This document shows, in pieces, positions 27,073 to 36,197 of a DNA stretch of 64,000 nucleotides. The DNA is from Candidatus Eiseniibacteriota bacterium (GTDB lineage: Bacteria > Eisenbacteria > RBG-16-71-46): assembly GCA_963717505.1 (NCBI GenBank), contig OY970342.1:704001-768000 (forward strand), written 5' to 3'. Under the pieces are notes generated by a model. It was not told the origin of the DNA and made no database searches. It saw only the letters and a list, made by a program, of their open reading frames with translations. Position numbers and translations under genes: made by a program. The stretch's first letter is position 1. Each line of letters opens with the position of its first letter.

Positions 27073-28948
27073 GTGAGAGCGACCTCTAGACCCACTCCGC
27101 CCGAGGGACCCGAGCGGATCCCAACCGTCGTCACCGACGAGCACGACGACATTGCTCGGCGGATCGCGGGCCGCATGGCCGAGGTCATTCGCAATCGAAA
27201 CCGCGCAGGGAAGCTCGCGGTGCTGGGACTGGCCACCGGCTCCACACCGATCGGGGTCTACCGCGAGCTGATTCGCCTGCATCGCGAAGAGAGCCTCGAC
27301 TTCACCCGGGTCGTCACCTTCAATCTCGACGAGTACTACCCGATGGCCCGCGACAGCCTGCACAGCTATCACCGCTTCATGTGGGAGAACTTCTTCGAGC
27401 ACGTCAACCTCGATCCCTCCCACGTCCACATCCCGCGCGGTGATCTCTCACGCGGAGAGGTCGACGCCCACTGCCGCGAGTACGAGCGCGCGATCCACGA
27501 TTCGGGCGGCATCGACTTCCAGATTCTGGGCATCGGGCAGACCGGGCACATCGGTTTCAACGAACCCGGCTCGAGCGCCGCGTCGCGCACACGCCTGGTC
27601 GCGCTCGATACGATCACCCGCAGGGCCGCGGCCGCTGACTTCTTCGGCACCGAGAACGTCCCGATCGAGGCGATCACCATGGGCGTCGGGACCATTCTCG
27701 AAGCCCGCGAGATCGTCCTGATCGCAACCGGCGAGCACAAGGCCGCGATCGTCAAGCGCGCGATCGAGGGCCAGGTCGACCACGAGGTCGCCGCCACCTA
27801 TTTGCAGGGCCACCCGAATGCCACCGTGTACCTGGACGCCGCGGCCGCCGCTGAATTGACGCGCATGAAGACGCCCTGGGTGCTCGGCGAGCTCGAGTGG
27901 ACCCGCGCGCTCGAAGTCCGGGCCGTGGTCTGGCTCAGCGAGGTGACCGGCAAGTCCGTGCTCAAGCTCGACGACATCGACTACCGCGAGCACCACCTGA
28001 GCGCGCTCATCCGGCGGCACGGTTCGTCATCGACCCTCAACGGCATTGTGTTCAACGACCTGATCGCCAAGATCCGAGGACGCAGCAAGCTGCCGAGCAA
28101 GAAGCGCGTCATTGTGTTCTCCCCCCACCCCGACGACGACGTGATCTCGGCCGGCGGCATCCTGTCGAAACTGAACCAGAACCAAAATGACGTCCTGGTC
28201 GCCTATCAGACGTCGGGGAACATCGCCGTCTTCGACCACGAGGTCCGCCGCTATCTCGACTTCCTGCGCCGCACGGCCGGCGATTTCGAGTACGGGAACC
28301 CGCGCCTCGGCGGCACTTCTGCAGGACATCGAGTCCTTCCTGGCGCAGAAGGCGCCCGGCCAGGTGGACAGCGACGCCGTCCTCATGCTCAAGCGCCGCA
28401 TTCGCGAGGTCGAGGCGATCTCGGCGATCGAGACCTTGCGCTTGCGCCCCGAGCAGGCCCGCTTCCTCAACCTGCCCTTCTACCAGACCGGCCAGGTGCG
28501 CAAGAACTCGATCGGGCCGCGCGACGTCGAGATCGTCCTCGAGCTGCTCGAGGAGAAACGTCCCGAGATCATCCTGGTGGCGGGCGACTTGTCTGATCCG
28601 CACGGCACGCATCGCTTGTGCAAGGAAGCCGTCGAGCTTGCGCTCGAACGCTACCGCGGCGAGCCACCCGAGGTCTGGCTCTACCGTGGCGCGTGGCAGG
28701 AGTGGTCCGTGGCCGACGCCGACGTGCTCGTGCCGCTCTCGGAGGAAGAGCTGCGGCTCAAGATCAGCGCGATCTTCAAGCACCAGAGCCAGAAGGATCG
28801 TGCGCCGTTCCCGGGGGTCGACGAGCGCGAGTTCTGGCAGCGGGTGGAGGAGCGCAATCGGGGGACGGCGCGTTGGGTGGATCAGCTCGGGCTGCCGGAG
28901 TACTTCGCGATGGAAGCGCTCAAGGTGCGTCGGATGGGCGCATCGTAG
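27073..28948 (+). pseudogene. nagB: Glucosamine-6-phosphate deaminase, long form with PIG-L-like C-terminal domain; +1 frameshift near 28309 (probably a sequencing error)
   Basis: LGLATGSTP, FNLDEYY, GHIGFNEPGS, SPHPDDD in one frame; DPHGTH, HQSQKD in the next. Removing one G in CTCGGCG gives PRLAALLQDIE. Confidence 0.85.
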
Positions 28949-28959
28949 ATAATCCACGC

Positions 28960-29922
28960 ATGACGACGCTCGAAGCTGTCCGCCGGATCGAGCTGGCCGA
29001 GATCCACGAGGCGCGCAGGCGCATTGCGGCAACCGTGGTGCGCACCCCGCTGGTGCGCCTCGAACTCGGACCCGACGCGCCCGAGATCCGCCTGAAATTG
29101 GAGAACCTGCAGCCGATCAACGCCTACAAGCTCCGCGGCGCGGCCAACGCCGTCGCGGCGTTGAGCGAGTCGGAGCGCGGTCGTGGCGTGTGGACGATCA
29201 GCGCCGGCAATGCCGGTCAGGGTGTCGCGTACGCGGCGCGTCAGGCGGGGGTGCCGTGCACCGTGGTCGCCATCGAGACCGCACCCGCTTCGAAGCTCGA
29301 TCGAATGCGGGCGCTGGGCGCCAGGTTGATCCTGGTTTCCTACCAGACCGCCTGGCAGGCGCTCGACGATCGTGCGTACCCCGGAGCCGAAGGAACGTTC
29401 ATCCACCCGTTCGACGACCACGACTTCATCGCCGGTCACGCGACCATGGGGCTCGAGATTCTCGAGGACGCTCCCGACACGGTGGCGGTGATCGCCGCGA
29501 TCGGCGGCGGGGGGTTGATCACCGGCGTCGCCAGCGCGGTCAAGGCCCTGAACCCTCGCATCCAGGTCTGGGGGGCCGAGCCCGAGACCGCCGCACCCGC
29601 CTCACTCTCGTTCGCGAAGGGATCGCCGCAGGTGTTCCCCGGCTGGCAGGCATCGTTCGTCGACGGCGCCGGTGGCCAGAGCGTGTTCCCCCGCATGTGG
29701 GAGCGCATGAGGCCGGTGGTGGACGGCTGCATCGTCGTCAGCCTGGACCAAACCAGGAACGCCATGCGAATGATGGCCGAGAAAGCGCGCGTCATCAGCG
29801 AGGGCGCCGGCGCCCTGTCGCTGGCGGCGGCGCTGACCGGCGGCGCCGGGCGCGGCCCGATTGTCGCGATCGTCTCGGGCGGCAACATCGACCTGAAGAA
29901 GTTCTGCGAACTGGTCGCCTGA
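28960..29922 (+). CDS. PLP-dependent threonine/serine dehydratase family protein
   Basis: RTPL, KLENLQP.AYKLRGA, SAGNAG, IGGGGL, VSGGNID. Confidence 0.92.
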   Translation: MTTLEAVRRIELAEIHEARRRIAATVVRTPLVRLELGPDAPEIRLKLENLQPINAYKLRGAANAVAALSESERGRGVWTISAGNAGQGVAYAARQAGVPCTVVAIETAPASKLDRMRALGARLILVSYQTAWQALDDRAYPGAEGTFIHPFDDHDFIAGHATMGLEILEDAPDTVAVIAAIGGGGLITGVASAVKALNPRIQVWGAEPETAAPASLSFAKGSPQVFPGWQASFVDGAGGQSVFPRMWERMRPVVDGCIVVSLDQTRNAMRMMAEKARVISEGAGALSLAAALTGGAGRGPIVAIVSGGNIDLKKFCELVA

Positions 29923-30014
29923 CCTGAGATCGCGGGGTCCACGATCGGGCACAACGAAGGCGGCGCGTGCCGGCGTTTACGAATCCGGCGCCGCGCCGCC
30001 TCTCGACCCCGGGC

Positions 30015-31076
30015 CTACCTCGCGCGCGCCAGAGCGGCGCTGCCCGCGATGACCGGCAGAATCCAGGTCTCCGAGTTGTAGGGCGCCGTGTCATCGAACA
30101 GCGTGCTGTCCGACAGCGCGTTGACACCGAAGTGGTGACACCCGAACGACTCGGGCACGGTGAACGTCCCCGAATAAGTGTTGTCGCCATTCGACTGCAG
30201 CCGGATTCGCCGGTTGCGAGAGAGCAGCAGCACGATGTCGTCGGATGAGGCCGTGGTCGCAGTGATGGTCATCACCGACCCAGGCGCCAGCGTCGGCAAT
30301 CCTGCCACCGGGAACAACTCCAGGGCGTCGGTGATCGTGGTGTCGAGACCGGACCCCTCGAGCCTCAAGCTGAGGATCCGATCCTGGAAGCCCTCGGTGT
30401 CGATCTCGATGCCGGAAACCGCAGTCAGCTCCCAGCGAGCGCGATTGCCGCCGCGACCCCGTCCATGACCGTGGCCGTTGCCAAGGCCACCGGCAGTTTC
30501 ATCGCGTCCCAGACGGCGGGCGCTGTCGTCATCGCCATCGTCGTCGTCGTCGTCATCGCCATTGTCGTCGCCTCCGCCGCTACTCGTATCACGCTCGAAT
30601 TGCAGGCGCCGGGTCCATCGTTCCGAGATAGGCTTTCGGATCGTCACCGGCGGGTTGAAGCCCCCGGTCGTGTCGTCTGCCAGGATTCGGAAGACTCCGG
30701 TCATGTCCTTGTGCACGGTGAGGATCGCCAGGGTCGGGCGACCGGTGGTATCGGTGTCAGCGAACGCGAACTCGAAAGACTGATCGGTGACTCGAACTCT
30801 GCGCGAAAACGTGATCGGGTCAATGGCGACCGTCGCGGAGAGCGTGCCGTCCGGGCCGAGGGCCTGGGACGACATCGATTCTTCGGACTGGTAGAAACCG
30901 TCATCCATGAACACGGGGTATGCCGCCGCGCCGGCGGCGACCTCCGCCCGATCCTCGGCGGAGCCTTGCACCCAATTGTGACTCTGCCCGGACTGGACGG
31001 CGGTCGGAGAGTCACCGCAGCCGGCGATAGCGCCGGCGACCAGACCGAGGATGATGAGCAGGGCGAGTTTCTTCAT
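30015..31076 (-). CDS. Hypothetical lipoprotein with acidic/Gly-rich insert
   Basis: MKKLAL...IAGC lipobox; GAGGAGG RBS. Confidence 0.8.
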   Translation of the reverse strand: MKKLALLIILGLVAGAIAGCGDSPTAVQSGQSHNWVQGSAEDRAEVAAGAAAYPVFMDDGFYQSEESMSSQALGPDGTLSATVAIDPITFSRRVRVTDQSFEFAFADTDTTGRPTLAILTVHKDMTGVFRILADDTTGGFNPPVTIRKPISERWTRRLQFERDTSSGGGDDNGDDDDDDDGDDDSARRLGRDETAGGLGNGHGHGRGRGGNRARWELTAVSGIEIDTEGFQDRILSLRLEGSGLDTTITDALELFPVAGLPTLAPGSVMTITATTASSDDIVLLLSRNRRIRLQSNGDNTYSGTFTVPESFGCHHFGVNALSDSTLFDDTAPYNSETWILPVIAGSAALARAR

Positions 31077-31181
31077 GGCTGGTCCTCCTCGAGGGGTTTG
31101 GGGCGTGAATGAACCAGCTTGCACCCCGGAGGGGACCTGAATCAAGGGATTTGTGCTGTATTTTCGCGGGTCGGAGCGACC

Positions 31182-31730
31182 CTAATCCGACCAGCGCAGC
31201 AGCTCGACCCCGACCGTAATCCACTGGCGGGTACGCGCCTTCAGGTCCGGCGCGTAGTTATAGGCGGTCACCAGGGCGACACTGGTTTGCCACGACGGCG
31301 ACCAGCGCAGGCCCACTCCGGCGCGCATGCCGAAGCGCAGATCCTCGTTCGGCTCGTTGTATCGGTCCATGCGATAGATCCCGACTCCCACCTGGTAGGT
31401 CGCGGCCCACACGTCCGGCGCAGTCGGGCACCAGTCGGAGCGCAGCTCGAATTGATTCACCGCAGCGACCCCCTCCTGGAAGGGGGCGCCGCCAAAAGTC
31501 GAGTAGCCGAACGCCAGACTCACGACCACGGGATCGTCGCCGACGCCGATCTGAAATTCGAGTGTGCCACCGGGCTCGCCTTCGGTGCCCTCGGTGTCGA
31601 TCGGCAGTGCGCCCGCCAACGCGATCCCGAATCGCGTGCGAAAAACCGGTTCCAGTTGCGCGTCGGCCGGTCTCGCCGCCGCCACGCCGAGCGCAATCGC
31701 GATCAGCGGCCACCACCGTCGACGCATCAT
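31182..31730 (-). CDS. Small outer-membrane beta-barrel-like protein
   Basis: Signal peptide (AARPADA) followed by alternating beta-strands. Confidence 0.6.
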   Translation of the reverse strand: MMRRRWWPLIAIALGVAAARPADAQLEPVFRTRFGIALAGALPIDTEGTEGEPGGTLEFQIGVGDDPVVVSLAFGYSTFGGAPFQEGVAAVNQFELRSDWCPTAPDVWAATYQVGVGIYRMDRYNEPNEDLRFGMRAGVGLRWSPSWQTSVALVTAYNYAPDLKARTRQWITVGVELLRWSD

Positions 31731-32443
31731 CCCGTCACCCCCGAGGTTCCGGCCAGTTCCGCGAAACGGCGTGCGAAGTCCGGGCCGCGGCCTTCGTCCT
31801 CGTGTTTGAAGAACACGTAGGCTTCGGACCAGGCGGGGTTTCGGGCCTTCTCGATCCACCCGTTCAGATCGGCGTCACTGTACTCGTAGTCGCGCAATCT
31901 CAAGTATCCCCAGGGGGCGGTGGCGATGAACGGCGTATCGACGCCTTCCTCATTGTGGGCGATGCACAGCGCGATGCTGCGGGCGCGCAGGGCCTCGTAA
32001 ACTTCGTCGTCGAACCAGGAGTCGTGCCGGAACTCCATCGCCAGGCGTACCGAAGCCGGAACCTGGGCCAGGAAGGCTCCGAGCTTGGCCACGTCCTTCT
32101 TGAAGTTGGGAGGTAGTTGGAACAACAAGGGACCCAGCCGATCCCCGAGCGTCAACGCCGAATTGAGGAAGAAGATGAGCGACTCCGCGATGTCGCCCAA
32201 CCTGCGGTCGTGCGTGATCCGCTTGGGCGCCTTGAGGACGAACTGGAAGTGGGTGGGAACCTGTGCGGCCCAGCCTGCGATCACGGCGGCCGTCGGCATG
32301 CGGTAGAACGTGTTGTTGATCTCGACGGTGTCGAAGCGGGCCGCGTAGTAGCCCAGCATTTCGGCCGGCTTCATCTTCTCGGGATAGAACGTCCCCTTCC
32401 ATGCGGGGTACGAATAGCCACTGGTGCCCACCCTCAGCTTCAT
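31727..32443 (-). CDS. DUF72 family protein
   Basis: VGTSGYSY..W.G.FYP, VEINNTFY, LFQLPP, EFRH.SW, YLRL. Confidence 0.95.
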   Translation of the reverse strand: MKLRVGTSGYSYPAWKGTFYPEKMKPAEMLGYYAARFDTVEINNTFYRMPTAAVIAGWAAQVPTHFQFVLKAPKRITHDRRLGDIAESLIFFLNSALTLGDRLGPLLFQLPPNFKKDVAKLGAFLAQVPASVRLAMEFRHDSWFDDEVYEALRARSIALCIAHNEEGVDTPFIATAPWGYLRLRDYEYSDADLNGWIEKARNPAWSEAYVFFKHEDEGRGPDFARRFAELAGTSGVTG

Positions 32444-32489
32444 CGGCTGCACCAGACTTCGCCTTCAGCCACAACGCGCTCCCCCAGGG

Positions 32490-33207
32490 TCACGACAATC
32501 GCCCCACCCACGACGCGATCGTCTCGGCCAGTTCGTCGAGCACCTCGGGGTCGGTGCGTCCCGAGCGCTTGAGAACGTGGAAGGAGTGATCGCCACCGTC
32601 GACGACGTGCAGTGTCGCGCGTGGACCGAGTCGCTCGCAAACTCCGCGCATCAGGTCGAGATCCGCGAGCGTATCGCGGGTGCCCTGCAGGAACAGCGTC
32701 GGGACCGGCACGCGCATCAGGTGATCGGCGCGCGCCGTGTTCGGCGCCTGACCCATACCGTGCAGCGGAAACCCGACGAGCACGATCCCGCGCACGCCAT
32801 CGATCGGCGTCTCGGCCGCCGCCAGCGTCGTCATGCGGCCGCCCATCGACTTGCCGCCGGCGATCAACAAGGTGCCCGGAGCCAGACGGCGGGCCGCTTC
32901 GGCGGCCGCGCGCACCGTGGCGAGCAGGACCGGCTGCGGATCGGGGCGGCGCGAACCGTTCTCCATGTAGAGGAACTGATAGCGGAGCGTCCCGATGCTG
33001 TGCTTCGCCAGGCATTCCGACAGGGCGCCCATGAATGGATGGCGCATCCCGGCTCCCGCGCCGTGAGCGAAGACGAATAGCGCGCGCGGCGAATCGGGCA
33101 TCGACAACAGGGCCGACACCTGGGCGTCGGCCCGGGACCGGCACCTGGATCTCGCGCGCCGAAGAGGGCGGGCTGGCCGCGACGGCCCGTGCTTTCGCCT
33201 TCGGCAC
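32490..33207 (-). CDS. Alpha/beta hydrolase (KANL3/Tex30-like); probable +1 frameshift near 33133
   Basis: [31 protein letters not shown] in the 32490-33119 frame; a plausible N-terminus (REIQVPV) lies in the neighbouring frame from GTG 33207. Confidence 0.8.
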
Positions 33208-33213
33208 TTGGCG

Positions 33214-36192
33214 CTAGTCCGTGAGCGTGAGATCGATCCGGACTTTTCCGTTCTCGACCTTGCCCGGCTCGGGGTCCATCAGATAGATGCGGGCGTCGTC
33301 GACGCCCTGGGTCACCAACTGATCCTTGATCGTGAGGCCGCGCGCGTTGGCCAGCGACAGGAGATCGGCTTCGTCCACCGGCTGGAGCGCGGTCAGCGTG
33401 TCCTGGATCGCCGTATAGAGCCGCGGACTGTCGATCACCAGCTTCTTCGAGCCTTCCTTGAACTGAGGATGCTTGGGGTCGAGCTCGCCGGCCGGCATCT
33501 CGAACTTCTTCTTGAACTCGGCGAGCCCCTGCTTTTCGAAGCGCTCGGCGTAAAGGTCTTCGAGCAGGCGTGGAGAGTAGCCGACGCCCCCGCCGTACTT
33601 CTTGGGATCGGAGGCCAGCTTCTCCCCGGCCAGCGCCTCGAACTTCGCGTGCCGGATCGCGACTGCGTCCGCCTCGGCGTCCGAGCGTCCGCGCACTTCG
33701 AGGCTGAGCTGCGGGCGCTTGCCGAGGGCTTCCGCCAGCTTGGTCATCGACTCCTTCTGGTCTTCCGGCATCGCGCTGGCGCCGACCGGGAAGTCCACAT
33801 GACTCAGCTCGTCGGCGTCGCCCCCGCCGAACAGGCTGCCGAGCAGCGCGAACGGCGCGGTCGCGACCTTCTTGAGGAGACTCATGATGAAGTCCCAGAT
33901 CACCTTCCAGATGCCGAACTTGGGATCATCGAGGTCGCCCTCGACCGGCATGTCCAGGTTGATCTGACCGTTGCCATCTTTGAGGATTGCGAGCGCGAGT
34001 CCTACCGGCAGCTTGGTGGCCTCGGGACTCTCGACCTTCTCGCCCAGCTCGAATTGGTCGAGCAGGATCTTGTTCTCGCCGACCAGGTGCCGGCCCTCGA
34101 GCCGGTAGTTGAGATCGAGCGTCATCTTGCCCTTGTCGACTTCGCGGCCGAGGAACTGGCCGGTGTAGGGCGTCAGCACCGGCATGTTGAAACCGCTGAA
34201 GTCGACATCGAGATCGACGAACGTCCGCTCCGCGAGCGGATTGATCTCTCCGCGCACGCTGGCAGTACCGCTCGGCTGCATCTTGCCGTCGAGGACCACA
34301 CTGGCGCGCGACGCCGAGTCCGACGACAGCCCCTTCGCCGACCCCGCGATCTGCTCGATCCGGGCCGCGAAGGGCAGGATGAGCGAGAAATCGGCAAAGT
34401 CAGCCGAACCCTCGACGACGTCGATCGTGCCGATGCGGACCGGGATCGCCGAGGACTCGGTTGCGCTCTTGCGCATGGCGGCCAGCGCCTCGGACGGCTT
34501 CTGCGCGGCGACCACCGTGTCGGCCTGCAGCCCGAAGATCTCCTGGATGTTGGTGGTGCGATCCTTGTGGATCAGGATCTTGGCGTAGGGCTGGCTAAGT
34601 CGAACGCCGCCGACTCGAACGCGAGTCGGCGCGTAGTCGATCCCGCTCGCCGTCACCGACTTCCACGCCAGGAACCGGTCGTCGACGATGCGATCGCGCG
34701 CCAGGAACCCGCGGGATTCGACGACACCCTGGTAGCGCAGGTCCGGCTGATCCTTGCGCGCACCCTCCCGGAACTGGACTTTGCCTTTGGCGCCCAGCGT
34801 GCCGCTGACCAGTTGCAGCTTGGCAACCGGGTTCACGTAAGGCTGGAAGATCTTGAGCGGCAGATCCGACAGCATGACCTGGAGGTCGGCTGACGGCGGT
34901 TGCGCCACGGCTTTCCCCGTGGCTTCGAACTTCCCGGTTCCGGCGATGGTCACGTCGGTGGCCAGGTCGATGGAGGCACCCGGCTCGGAGCTGAGGTTGC
35001 GAAGCGTGGCGTTGGCCGGCGCCACCATGACCGCGAACGGCGGCGACACCGTACGATCCTCGAACGCGACTCCGAGATCGCGAACCGAGAATTCCTTCAG
35101 CTCGACCGTCCACGGCGCCACCGGCGCCACGCTGTCCGGGGGCGCGGCGGGCGCCGTTCCACTCGCAGGCGCCGCGGCCGACGCGGGCTTGGTCATCAGC
35201 GCCTGCCAATTGAGCGTCGTATCGGGCTCGAGCCAGGCGACCACGCGCGTTCCCGCCAGCAGCACGCGTTCGATGTTCACCGTCTGCTCCGGGTAGCGGA
35301 CCTGAATTCCGGTGACCCGCAGCGAATCGATGTGCAGAAGATCCGGCTCCTTCCCCGGGGCGCGCATCGTGAAACCGGTGAGGCTGAATCGGGCGTCGTT
35401 GATCCGCGACACGATGCTGTCCCCGCGCACGTCGGTTGCGTAGTCGATCCTGCAATCGGTGATGCCGTCCGTGACCTCGAAACCAAAGCGGCGCTTCGCG
35501 ATCTCCCAGAACTTCCGCAGCCCCGAATCGCTGACCTCGAGCACACCGGCCGAGTGCAAGGGATCGAAGGTCAGGTCCCCGTTCCACTGCCAGCGGCCGC
35601 CGCTGGGATCGGTGGCGACGATGCCGTAGCGACCTTCCTTGTCCGGGATCGTGGTGAAGTTCCTGAGCATGAGATCGATCGGCTCGAGCGTGCCGTCCTC
35701 GGGCTCGGCCGGCATCAGGTTGGTGACGCGCACGGACCCACGCGCGATCTCGAATTTGCCAAGGATCAGGCGCGGTGGCTTCGAGGGCGGCTGGCTGGCC
35801 GCGTAGTCGATCATGTCCGCAAAGTTGGGCCGGCCATCGGGCATCAGCCGAATGTGGGTCCTCGGACCCTCCAGCCGGAATTCCCGGAACGTCAGCGCCC
35901 AGCGCACCAGGCTCGAGAGTTGAAAGTCCGCGTGCATGCGATCGAACGCAACGAACGACGTGCCGTCGGCGTCCTCGAGGTCGAAACCCTCGAGCGTGAG
36001 CGACAGGAACAGCGGGTTGACGCGAACGCGGTCGAGCCGGACCTCGCGCTTGAGGGTCTCGCGAACCCCCTTGATGATCTGGCCGCGCACGATCCCGGGG
36101 AGCGCCAGGAATCCGAACAGCGAATAGACGACCAAGACCGCGAGCGGAATCCACACGCGCTTGCGGCGCAGCTGTTCGAGAACCGGGTTCAC
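33214..36192 (-). CDS. DUF748 (AsmA-like) domain protein
   Basis: N-terminal TM anchor; VRVNPLFLSL, LPVGLALAILKD.NG.I.LD.PVEGDLDDPKF, OmpA-like end LANARG; start at GTG 36192. Confidence 0.9.
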   Translation of the reverse strand: MNPVLEQLRRKRVWIPLAVLVVYSLFGFLALPGIVRGQIIKGVRETLKREVRLDRVRVNPLFLSLTLEGFDLEDADGTSFVAFDRMHADFQLSSLVRWALTFREFRLEGPRTHIRLMPDGRPNFADMIDYAASQPPSKPPRLILGKFEIARGSVRVTNLMPAEPEDGTLEPIDLMLRNFTTIPDKEGRYGIVATDPSGGRWQWNGDLTFDPLHSAGVLEVSDSGLRKFWEIAKRRFGFEVTDGITDCRIDYATDVRGDSIVSRINDARFSLTGFTMRAPGKEPDLLHIDSLRVTGIQVRYPEQTVNIERVLLAGTRVVAWLEPDTTLNWQALMTKPASAAAPASGTAPAAPPDSVAPVAPWTVELKEFSVRDLGVAFEDRTVSPPFAVMVAPANATLRNLSSEPGASIDLATDVTIAGTGKFEATGKAVAQPPSADLQVMLSDLPLKIFQPYVNPVAKLQLVSGTLGAKGKVQFREGARKDQPDLRYQGVVESRGFLARDRIVDDRFLAWKSVTASGIDYAPTRVRVGGVRLSQPYAKILIHKDRTTNIQEIFGLQADTVVAAQKPSEALAAMRKSATESSAIPVRIGTIDVVEGSADFADFSLILPFAARIEQIAGSAKGLSSDSASRASVVLDGKMQPSGTASVRGEINPLAERTFVDLDVDFSGFNMPVLTPYTGQFLGREVDKGKMTLDLNYRLEGRHLVGENKILLDQFELGEKVESPEATKLPVGLALAILKDGNGQINLDMPVEGDLDDPKFGIWKVIWDFIMSLLKKVATAPFALLGSLFGGGDADELSHVDFPVGASAMPEDQKESMTKLAEALGKRPQLSLEVRGRSDAEADAVAIRHAKFEALAGEKLASDPKKYGGGVGYSPRLLEDLYAERFEKQGLAEFKKKFEMPAGELDPKHPQFKEGSKKLVIDSPRLYTAIQDTLTALQPVDEADLLSLANARGLTIKDQLVTQGVDDARIYLMDPEPGKVENGKVRIDLTLTD

Positions 36193-36197
36193 GACTC

